A DNA stretch of 64,000 bases from Mytilus californianus (lineage: Eukaryota): contig NW_026262679.1 of assembly GCF_021869535.1 (NCBI RefSeq), positions 20,956,001 to 21,020,000 of the forward strand. The letters run 5' to 3'. The position numbers and the translations under genes are program-made. Positions within the stretch are counted from its first letter, which is position 1, and every line of letters begins with the position of its first letter. The notes beneath the pieces are model-generated. The model saw only the letters and a list, made by a program, of their open reading frames with translations, searched no databases and was not told the DNA's origin. Shown here in pieces: positions 1 through 10,916 of the stretch.

Positions 1-3000
1 AACACCTACAGCTGAGATAATGAAGACTTTCGAGATGTTTGAAAAGATGGGAGCTAAACCGAAAGCTGATACCCCCAAGGACTTGAAGAATTGAATGATG
101 GAATATCTGATTTCACAAGGAGCATTCAAGGAACAGAAACCTGAACCTACTCCAAATCTACAACCAAATGTACTTGTACCACCACCTAAACCAGTTAATG
201 TGACCAAGATGATGATGAACCATCCACCAAAGATAGCCTGGTTCTCAGGAACAGAACCAAAGCCAGGCGACACCACATATGAATTATGGAGACATGAAGT
301 CCAGTGTTTACTGAAGCAGAATTATGAGCAAGATGCTATACTGAATGCAGTAAGAAGATCATTAAGAGGGGAAGCAGGACTTGTAGCTATGAGGTTGGAA
401 CTCAACGCAACTGTTAAAGATATAATCCAGAAATTAGATAGCATATATGGAAGCGTCGACAAGAATTAAAAGAGCTTTTAGGTGAGTTTTATGGTTCGAG
501 ACAACGACCAACAGAAAGTGTAACAGCATGGAGTTGTAGACTAGAAGGAATTATTGGAAAAGCAGTAGATAGAGGACTTGTACGCAGACAAGATGTGGAT
601 AACATGCTTCATGCAATGATTTGGACGCGATTGAAACCACACCTGAAGGATATATCAGGACATAAATATGATACCGTTGGAGATTTTGATGGACTACGGG
701 TAGCTTTAAGGCAGACAGAGAGCGACCATAGCAGCAGAAGTGAAACACTACCAATATATACCAAGACACAGATAAGCAAGGCTATTACAACCCAACCTGA
801 GGATGAAAGTCTACAAGAAATCATAGGTTTGATTAATCAGATCCATACCAGACTGAATTAGAATGCCAAAAGATGGGAGCAACCACTATGGAACAATCAG
901 CAACAACATACACAACCATCACCATGGCAACCACCAAGTCAGCCAAGTCAATGGCAGCAACCCAATCAGTCATCACCATGGCAACAACAACCACAGTTTA
1001 GACAACAGCAACAACAATATAGAGGTAGAGGACAGAACAACTATAGAGGAGGCAGAGATAACCCAGACAGAGAATACCAATGCTGGAGATTTGGACAGAC
1101 AGGACATCTGAAGATAGGATGCAAGGTTAGAATGGACCATAGTCGACAGCACTTAAACTCCAACAAGCCTATGAAGGGGGAACAGAGCAGCAAGATTCCC
1201 AAAGTCAGTCAGGTAAAGACACAACCAGGACTCTTTGGCCAGCCAACAGAAGTGAAGATGTATATAAATGGAATAGAAACATCTGCATTATAGATACCGG
1301 CTCAACAGTTTCGACCGTCAGCCAATCTATCTTTAAACAACATATAAAGACACCATTAATTGAGATTAAAACCTTGCTGGGTATTGAATGTGCAGATGGG
1401 CAGCAGTTACCATACCTTGGTTATACTGAAACTTGCATACAGATACCAGGTCAACATCAGGATTACCCATGTATACTTCTAGTTATACCAGACAGTAGAT
1501 ACACCAAACAGGTACCGCTGCTATTAGGAACCAACACACTTTCAACCATCATAGATGCACTAAAGGTAAGTATAGGAGATAGATTTTTACAGGAAAGCAG
1601 CTTGACTACACCATGGTACCTAGCACTTAGATGTATTATACTTAGAAAGAAACAACTTACGAAGAACAGCAACCGTCTTGGAATTATCAGAAGTGGAGAG
1701 ATCAAGTCTGTAACAGTACCACCAAATTCATATATCACAATAACCGGCTACCTAGACAAAGAAATACCGTACCATGATTCACCAGCTATGTTACAGTCAT
1801 CATTACTTGCGAAGAATAACAACGATTTGGACATTGAACCGACACTTATCAACTACCAACACCGAAAGAATGGACCAGTGAATATAAGAAATTCCAACGT
1901 AACAACCAGAACCATCAGTATACCACCAAGAGCTATAGTTTGTGAAATTCAGCCAGTAACCATCGAAGCATCACAGACAACAACATCAGATGATGAAACA
2001 GAAGCTATTATGGACAAGATGAAGTTTACGCAGAGTGATCTTACCGATGAACAGTTTGAAGAAGGACGTGCACTTATCCGTTCTTACATGGACATCTTTT
2101 CCAAGAGGGATGATGATGTGGGTCACACTGACACAGTACAGCACAGGATAGACCTTCTGGAAGTCAAACCATTCAAGGAGAGATACCGCCACATACCACC
2201 AACAGCATATGATGAAGTCAGGGCACATTTGAGACAGCTACTAGATATGGGGATTATCCGACCATCACATAGTTCTTTTACTTCCAATGTGGTACTAGTT
2301 AGGAAGAAAGACTCAAGCCTACGCCTATGTGTGGACTACAGGAAACTTAACCAGGCCACGAAAAAAAAAATAGCTACGCTCTTCCCAGAATAGAGGAACT
2401 ATTGGATTGTTTGGCAGAATCGACCTACTACTCCGTTGTGGACATGAAGTCAGGATACCATCAGATTGAGATCTATGAACCACACAAAGAAAGAACAGCC
2501 TTCACAGTCGGTCCATTGGATTTCTTTGAGTACAACAGGATGCCGTTTGGTCTAACCAACAGCCCAGCCACTTACCAGAGAATGATGGAGGACTGCCTAG
2601 CTGACTTCAATCTGCGGATATGCTGTGTTTTCATAAATGACGTTATTATTTTTGAGAAGACGTATGAAGAACATCTGGAGAACCTGAAGCTAGTGATGGC
2701 GAGGTTAAGGCAAGTCAACCTGAAAATAGCGCCAAAGAAGTGTTCCTTCTTTTAGAGACGTGTAAAGTTTGTGGGCCACATAGTTTCAGAAGCAGTTAAG
2801 GAGATTGACCGAGAAAAGACGGACAAAGTTACTACTTGGCCGAAACCAACATCGCCAGAGGATGTCAGACGATTTCTTGGGTTTGTAGGCTACTACAGAA
2901 GATTCATCAAGAACTTTAGCCAGATTAGTAGACCACTCACTGATTTAATGCCATCACCAACAGGCAAGAAATGAAGCAAAGGTAAGACAAAGAAACAGAT

Positions 3001-4853
3001 AGCATGGAACTGGGGACAAGACCAAGAGAAAGCCTTTGCCACCTTGAAGTGACTTCTTACATCAGCACCTATATTTGGATATGCCGATTCAACCTTACCA
3101 TTTGAGTGCACACAGATGCTTCAGGAATTAGATTAGGAGCAGTCCTATATTAGGAACAGCAGGGTGAAAAGTGTGTTATCAGCTATGCTAGCAGAGGTCT
3201 GACAAAAGCAGAGAAGAACTACCCGCCCCATTTTTGGCATTGAAGTGGGCCACTACAGATAAGTTTAAAGATTACGTGTTTGGACAGCCATTTACAGTAT
3301 GGACAGATAACAACCCACTCACATATGTTCTGACAACAGCAAAACTGGATGCTACAGATCACCGTTGGTTAGCAGATTTAGCCAGCTACCACTTTAACAT
3401 CAAGTACCGCCCTGGAAGAACCAACGCTGATGCAGATGGACTCAGTCGATTACCAGTAGCTGAAGATAGAACAGACATCAACATTGATTCTGTACGTGCC
3501 ATCTGTAGTGCAGTTGTACCAACACCTTTTAAGCCATCAACCCAAACTTAGTTCAGGATGAAGAGGACAACGGGTTAAATGGACCATCAACCACTGACAT
3601 CGTAGATTAGAAGAAAGCTCAACAACAGGACAAGATGATAACACGTTGGATAGAGATGGTCGAGAAACAGCAGAAACTGAATCAAGGAGACCCGATATTG
3701 AAGAGACAATTTAACCACCTACAGATTTTTGATGATGTTCTATACAGAGTAATTAACAGTGAAGATGAAGTGAAGAAACATCGTGTATTACCATCACAAC
3801 TTATCACCACAATTTTACAGGCATTCCACAATTATATAGGACACCAGGGAAAAGATAGGACTCTCTCACTACTTAGAGACCGCTTTTTTTGGCCGGGTAT
3901 GGCGAAAGACGTGGAGGAATGGCTATCACACTGTGGCAGATGTTTACGGAGGAAAACCTTCCCTAATCACAGAGCACCGCTGGTAAGTATTCAGACCACC
4001 GCACCGTTACAGCTTGTATGCGTGGATTATCTTACCCTGGAACCATTTAAGGGAGGACAACAGTATGTCTTAGTTATTACAGACCATTTTACCAGGTTTG
4101 CACAAGCTATACCAACAAGGAATATGACAGCAAGAACAACAGATGAAGCACTGTACAACCACTACATCGTTCACTATGGACTTCCTGAAAGACTCCACTC
4201 AGACCAAGAAGCACAGTTTGAGTCAAAGCTTATTAAGGAACTCTGTACCTTAACAGGAATGGTAAAATCCCGCACCACCAGTTTCCACCCACAAGGGAAT
4301 GGACAATGCTAGAGGTTTAACCGGACGTTAATAAGTATGCTTGGAACCCTGGAGGTTGAACAGAAGAGAAACTGGAAGGCTTATGTTGGACCATTGGTAT
4401 ATTGTTACAACAGCACGAGACACGATTCAACAGGCTACTCACCATACTTCTTGATGTTTGGGAGAAATCCAAGATTACCAGTGGATATTGCATTTGGTTT
4501 AAGGAAGGAAGCGAATAATCAAGACTACATCAACGATCTTAAAGATAGACTGGAGTATGCACACAAGTCTGCTGCAGAGATGTCGAAGAAATCCCAGTTG
4601 AAACAGAAAGGAGGTTATGATACTAAGGTTCGTGGTGCAACTATACAGAAAGGAGACAACCAGCTTGGATGCGGTTAGGTAAGTATGACACATCGCATTC
4701 CGCCAGTTTGGTTACAGAAAAGGATTGGTACCAGAGGATCCAGTGTATTACATCATTGGCAGAGACCAACTTATTTGAAGATCTACAAACAGAAGCAGCA
4801 AAGACGATTTTAGACATTGTTAAAACTCCACAGAGCAAATGACGGAACGTCAT
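1..4853 (+). mobile_element. Decayed Ty3/Gypsy LTR retrotransposon (PNMA-like gag, PR, RT, RNase H, integrase); 5' end outside the window
   Basis: Gag ORF fragments 95-469 and 595-861 (FSGTEPKPGDTTYELWRHEV...RRSLRGEA). Degenerate knuckle CWRFGQTGHLKIGC at 1081-1122. Protease (I)DTGSTVST broken by a 1-nt deletion near 1290. RT fragments 2229-2755 (YHQI, MPFGLTNSPATYQR, FINDVIIF). RNase H around 3120-3420 (TDASG, WTDNNPL). Integrase 3635-4312 (GHQG, C-x2-C, VDYL, HSDQ) and PYFLMFGRNPRLP. Many stops and frameshifts. Confidence 0.95.
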
Positions 4854-4860
4854 TTCAGAT

Positions 4861-5456
4861 CAGGGAGGAGTATGTGCTAGCGTGTATTTATTCATGATTG
4901 AATAAATATTGATATGATTTTGTAATTTGTATTTTATTTATTATTTGAATTTACTTTAAAATAAAGATGACTTTATTCCTAATTCATATTTGTGTTTTCG
5001 TTTTCAAATAGATTAATTACGGATTGTAATTAATGATACTCACTTCTACTATTTTTATGGTCAGTGTTTTACGCTTGATTTGACCACACACTTTCTACTA
5101 TTTCATTGGTTATATATCTTTTGGCGGTTTATTTCTATTGAAGTCTATAGTTAATTGTGGATAGATGTTCAAACCGAACAGACGTTTCATAAATTTTCTT
5201 TAGTCTTTATTTGCTGTTTCATATTTTGTATTATTTGTATTCGAGGAATTCCACGGTTATTTCAGGTCAGTTTGCTTACTTATCTCTTTAGATATTCTGT
5301 CTATATCTTATTTTCATAGTAATTATATTACCGGATTAATCAGTATTTCACGCAAAAGTAACTTTTCATTTTAGCATGACTTGTAAGAATGTGTATCGTT
5401 TGATTGGTGAATGAATGTTGTAAATTATTTAAAAGGTTAACGTAACTTTTATAACA
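4861..5456 (+). repeat. Polypurine tract (4861-4872) and probable start of the 3' LTR of the decayed Gypsy; right end uncertain
   Basis: CAGGGAGGAGTA is immediately followed by TG at 4873, just after pol. The 5' LTR is not in the window, so the end (TTATAACA at 5456) is a guess. Confidence 0.4.
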
Positions 5457-5935
5457 GGCACATTATTATTTTACATTTGAGTTACATAATTTAAGCCTGG
5501 AAATAAATAAGTGTAAAGATAAACGTAATGAATGGCGAATATTTGAGCAGAATGAGTCCGAGAGTAAATGAGTGAAATGTTAACTTGGTAAATACTTTTC
5601 AGAGTCTTTATAACATTTTTGTCCCCGATTGATAGATTTTAAGTACTATAAAAGTCTGAACATAGTAACTATAATTTAGTATTTGTTAAACAGGTTTTAT
5701 GACAGAGTTCTGCATATGATGTAGTAATACGTTGAGGCATAACATTTGTACCTCATACGAGGTAAGAATGAGTGTTTCAGTTGTAGTTGCTTATTGTTTT
5801 ATTAGCTTAGTTATTTTGCTTTGTTTAGCTTAGTTTAGCTTTATTAGTTAACTGCTTTTTGTTATTGGCTTTATTAATGCTTATTTTGCTTAGACTGTTT
5901 GTTTATAGTTTATATAGTTTTATAGTTGGATTGTT

Positions 5936-6314
5936 ATCCTGGTACCTTTGATAACTATTTACAACACTGGGTCGATGCCACTGCTGGTGGACGTTTCGTC
6001 CCCGAGGGTATCACCAGCCCAGTAGTCAGCACTTCGGTGTTGACATGAATATCAATTATATGGTCATTTTGATAAATTTCCTGTTGACAAAACTTAAAAT
6101 TTTTCGAAAAACTAAGGATTTTCTTATCCCAGGAATAGATTACCTTGGCCGTGTTTGACACAACTTTTTGGAATTTTGGGTCCTCAATGCTCTTTGGGTT
6201 TGTACTTGTTTGGCTTTATAACTGTTTTGATCTGAGCGTCACTGATGGGTCTTGTGTGGACGAAACGCGCGTCTGACGTGTTGGATTGTAATCCTGGTAC
6301 CTTAGTTAACTATT
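5936..6314 (+). mobile_element. Retrozyme-like non-autonomous retroelement, family 1 (355-nt unit with terminal redundancy)
   Basis: Direct repeat ATCCTGGTACCTT(TG/AG)(A/T)TAACTATT at 5936-5959 and 6291-6314, spacing 355 nt. Hammerhead motif at 6236-6279. A diverged second copy is at 48723-49104. Confidence 0.8.
6236..6279 (+). ncRNA. Minimal type I hammerhead ribozyme with an A9->G core change
   Basis: Stem I GCGTCA/TGACGT; core CTGATGG (6242-6248); stem II GTCT-TGTGT-GGAC; GAAA 6262-6265; palindromic stem III CGCGCG; GUC site, cleavage after 6273. Confidence 0.8.
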
Positions 6315-6919
6315 AACGGCCAATTCGTATATTATAATGTTATTGCTAAATGAGAAACTATATTTCTATTTTGCTTTTTTGACAAGTTAAATTCTGTTTC
6401 GAATGTTACAGGAAGTAATATTTTGATAAGATAAGGTTTAATTGTGCATTTTGTTATTTTCATAAACTGTGACGTATTTTTCAGTTAATTGGTTAATTTT
6501 TGTAAGTACACAGATTACGTAAATTTATCATATTGATATAATACATGTTTTAAAAGAATTAGTATATATACGTTGTTATTAAATGGGATATTATATTACA
6601 GGGTTTCATTTGATGCTTTACGATAATAAAAACTATCCAGAATCCTACATAGTCTACTATTTATTTACGCCCCAGATAGTGCGACTACATTAATTACAGA
6701 ATATTGCTAAATTACAAAATAGATATATTGTCTGTACATTCCTTTATAAAATTAAATCATCTGCTGTTTCTCCCCTTATACATCAAAGTCTCATTTGGTT
6801 AATCATGTTTTCTGTATTTAAAGATTATTAATATACGATACAATAACGTAAATTCCTTCATTACAATGCAATGTAACACCCACAAATCCTTCATCAATAT
6901 TTGCATATTTCATTAGAAC

Positions 6920-7400
6920 TAAGTCCGGTTGGGTTTTGAAATACTGAAACTGAGAAAAAAAAATCTTTCTAAAGCTTTTCTTTGCCAATCAAGGTCTCGA
7001 AGCCATTAGTTTAGACAAAATCTTTTATCATAGATCAGTCAAATATAAGATATTTCCTTTCTTTTAAGATCAGTCTGTTCCAATCATATCTTACACTTTA
7101 ACCACAGCTTAAATTTTCAACTTAAAACGCGGTTTACAGAATGTCAATACTAACGACTTCAAGTTTAAACCTCCTTACTGCACATGCGCAAGCCACGCAA
7201 CTGTAACTGTTGACCATAACATTGTGAACACCACTTCTATACGAAATATGATATCCAAAAGGTTAAAGACCCACATCATGTTAAACAACTGTCCTATCTC
7301 CAAGACCAAGATGCTATTGTTCCTGTAGACAAATCCTTAAATGATGTCCTAAATCACATTTGTTTGATAAAGGAATTAGGTATTGACGCGTCATATTGAA
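6920..7400 (+). mobile_element. Probable decayed N-terminal ORF fragment of a Penelope-like element
   Basis: Broken translation (FLKLFFANQGLEAI...KDQSVPIISYT...DFKFKPPYCTCA) resembles the region upstream of RT in mollusc Penelope-like elements as I recall them; not verified. Confidence 0.3.
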
Positions 7401-8419
7401 ACCAACGATATGCCCCAATATGTGAAATTATATAAGAATTTCGTATAACATTTAAGTAAATTATGGTAACGAAATCTCAGTTATACATATCTTACGTTCA
7501 TCAAAAACGTCACTAACACGAACATAGCGAACATAGAACATCACCGTCCAAAAGAGAAAACAAACAATAGAAACGAGATATCCTCTCTTTTATCGTAAAT
7601 TGTAAATGAAGCTTTCCAAGCTGACCAGCTTTGAAAGACAGAGTACGGAATGCAAAAGAACAAAATTGCCAAAATGTTATAGTTGAAAACTTGTAAAACA
7701 ACTTTGCTAATTAAAAAAACAGAACTCCTACACGTCATATAAAACAAACCTGAATGTTGTCAGTTTATCTTCGACTTACGAGTTTGAATGTCCCTTTGGT
7801 ATCATTCGCCCCTCTTTTAATCTACCGAGTTGTTTTGTCATCTATTGACTGGTAAGTTTCAATTCTAGAAGATTTGAACTAATGGCTATTGACGCTCCTT
7901 TAGTACGTCTTTTCAAAATGAAAATCATATAGTTTTACCAATTTAATCGTAGTTACACAGATAAGGTAATATTAAGGAACATGTGGGCTTGAAATCCAAT
8001 AAAATATTCATCAATTGGTTGTATTCCTTACGAACGTATACAATATCAATATATGATAATATAATATATTGATATCAGTTGATCATAAGATAAAGTATTT
8101 GACCATTAGCCAAATTTCATTTGATGCAGGTCAAATAATTTCACGTAAATTTAAAAATCAAAAGATTTATACTGCATATAGTTTGTTTACAAGATTATTA
8201 TACATAGCGTAAGTATTTGTTTTATAAAAAAAAAAAACCAAACATATTTCTAAATATAGATCAAGCAACGCTTTGCAACCGGGTTTATTATGCATGTCCT
8301 TTCTTATTTGAGGTGTCTGGAAAAGATTCATACTTAACACGTCATAAGCAGACTTGTCATATCTTTTATAGGGATTGGTGAAAAATTGTAAATAAGAATA
8401 ATACATTTTACATCCTTTT

Positions 8420-9260
8420 AAATGACAAAAGTAAAATAACAAAAATACCGAACTCCAAGGAAATTTCAAAACGGTACGTCCCTTATAAAATGGCAAAATC
8501 AAAAGCTCAAAACATCAAACGAAAGGAAATATTCCTGACTTGGTACAGGCATTTCCTTATGTAGAAAATGGTGGATTAAACCTGGTTTTATAGCTAGCTA
8601 AACTTCTCACTTGTATGACAGTCGCTTAAAATACTATCAATTTGACAACAATGCATGAGCAAAGCAAACAGACATATAAGATAAAAATGTCAAAAATTGG
8701 GGTACAGCAGTCAACATTGTGTTATAATTTAAATCACTATAGAAACATACAACTATGTCAACAAAGAAAAAATATGGTATATAAACACTGTATAGAAAAA
8801 ACACATCAGCAAAAATGAAAGATAAGAATAGAAAAAATTACCATAGCACAATAACACAAAAGCGGGATGTATAAATACCGAGCCACGCCAAAAGAATATT
8901 TATTTACCGAAAATGGACTGAACAGTAAAGATAAATTTACAAAGACAAGTAATTAAGATGATAAACAACGTCAGTACCCAGAATCTATACTTCAAGACCA
9001 GCATGTATTGTTTGTGAAGTTGATACGGAATATTTATCAACAAGGTATTGGTATCTTCCGATTATTTGTTTTTGGAAAAAGGACGAGACGTTCTTCGATA
9101 TAACCCTGTTTCATCAACTTCTGCTCAGACACTAATGACGTTTTTTAAAGTCTGAGTAGCAAATTAACTAAAGTTTAAATGTACAAATCATATATATATA
9201 ATCAACAAAATTTAAATTTTCCGTCAGAGGGTAAAATATTAGCAATTACAACAAAAGGAA
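8420..9260. repeat. Dispersed repeat; second diverged copy at about 27100-27790
   Basis: Shared blocks, e.g. GGATGTATAAATACCGAGCCACGCCAAAAG vs GGATGCATAAATACCGAGTCACGTCAAAG, and AGAATCTATACTTCAAGACC vs AGAATCTATAAATCGAGACC. Confidence 0.55.
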
Positions 9261-9490
9261 GCTGAGCAAAAGAATATATGATTAACTGAGTTGGTAGTAC
9301 GTGGAGTTGAGGTGCAATTGTCCCTTCCAACCTCTTGAAAGTCACGGAGATTTTTTTAATTCGAAAGCCAATTTTCAGTTGCACATTTAGGAACAGCTTA
9401 AAAAGCTAAAGTTACCAGTAAAGGGTTACGCAATACACAAAACAGACAATAATAATGATAAGATTAAAAATAATGCATCTTAACAGTAAT

Positions 9491-10514
9491 AAAACAAGAG
9501 TGCACATGCAGAAATGTCTCGCCTGTTTACCGATCGTGATTAATTTATATCAAAGTCTTAAAAAAAGGATTATACAACAACTATTACATAAAATTTACAT
9601 AATCAATGATCCAAGTATTTGAGATAAAGGTCAGGTGAACCCTGTCAGAAGAATATGTAAGCATAACAATCATTCTATACACCAAAATAAATAGTATATT
9701 GCTTAAAGCATCCGAGAACAGAGCTGACCAAGAAAACTAAACTTCTACCAATGATCCATGAACATTATGTCAAAGTCAAATGAACTCTGCTAAATACACA
9801 TACATGTACACATTGCAAACATTTCATACATCAATTATATTTAACCTATTGCTTATCATGCTTATAGTATCTGAGAAACGAACTTAAGCATTAAACATAA
9901 CATTGACCTATGAACAATGAGAATTAAGTCAAGGTCAGATAAACCTTGCCAGACTTGTACACCTTTCAATTCCAAAGATATTTGACCAATTGATTATAAT
10001 ATCCGAGAAAAGGACTTAAACACGAACAGTTAACATTGACCAATGAACTTTTAAAATTAGACCAAGGTCAGATTAACTCTGCCAGACAGACATGCAGACC
10101 TTATAATCGTTCCTCACACCTAATATAGTTGACCTACTTCATATAGTATCTAAGATACTGACTTTACTACGAAAACTTAACATTGATCATTGATTTATGA
10201 AATTAGGTCGAGGTCAGGTGAACCCTTAGCTATCTGACAGACATGTAAACCTTGCAAGGATTTTGTATACTAAGTAAAGTTATCCCAATGCTAATAATAA
10301 GTGAAATTTCATATTTTCAAGGAGTCGCTGAACAATGAATATGAAGTCAAGGACATATAAGAGACGGAACCTTTGTAACATAACGCATCTGTATATAAGG
10401 TATGGATCATCAAGGTCTTCTACCCTCTGACATATAATGATTTATGCAAATAGTTAACCACCACCGCCGCCTATGTAATCCCCATTTTTCACATTCTGTG
10501 ACAAATATAATAAA
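9491..10514 (+). mobile_element. HINE/Helentron-like non-autonomous element with an internal ~145-bp tandem array
   Basis: Starts AAAACAAGAG. About five GGTCAGRTRAACC-containing units spaced ~135-160 bp. (CCA/CCG)n microsatellite and A-rich end near 10460-10514. Confidence 0.5.
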
Positions 10515-10916
10515 ACACTTAATCTACCAAAATTTCTCGCAGAATATAGGAACTTCTCTCTCAAAAAGCATTTGTTGACCTTACATATTTTTCTGCTTTC
10601 GTCTCTCAAAATTTATGTTCCCTCCACCTACAAACTATTATGTCACTCATACCGATTATTAAATAAATGCATTGAAAAGACTTTTTAAGGGTTAAAGAAT
10701 ACGATAATTTTAAATTTTAAAGTACAGATATAGCAGTTATCAAAATATGTCACAATCTCATTTTTTTTTAAATTAAATAAATTCTAGAAATGCATTAAAA
10801 CTAATGTAATGTAGAAAAAACGTGTGGCATGATAAATGTTTTAAAAAGTTTGAACAATGTTCGTTCAGTATTAAAACTATGAAAACAGCACATTTCAGTT
10901 GATATCACATGCTGTG

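Noticed and set aside
4873-5930. Full definition of the first Gypsy's 3' LTR and TSD
   Set aside because: The partner LTR is outside the window and several CA-ending candidates exist.
9084-9125. Possible fourth hammerhead type on the minus strand (TTGATGA...GAAG-AACG-TC)
   Set aside because: Both core halves deviate and stems I and II do not pair convincingly.
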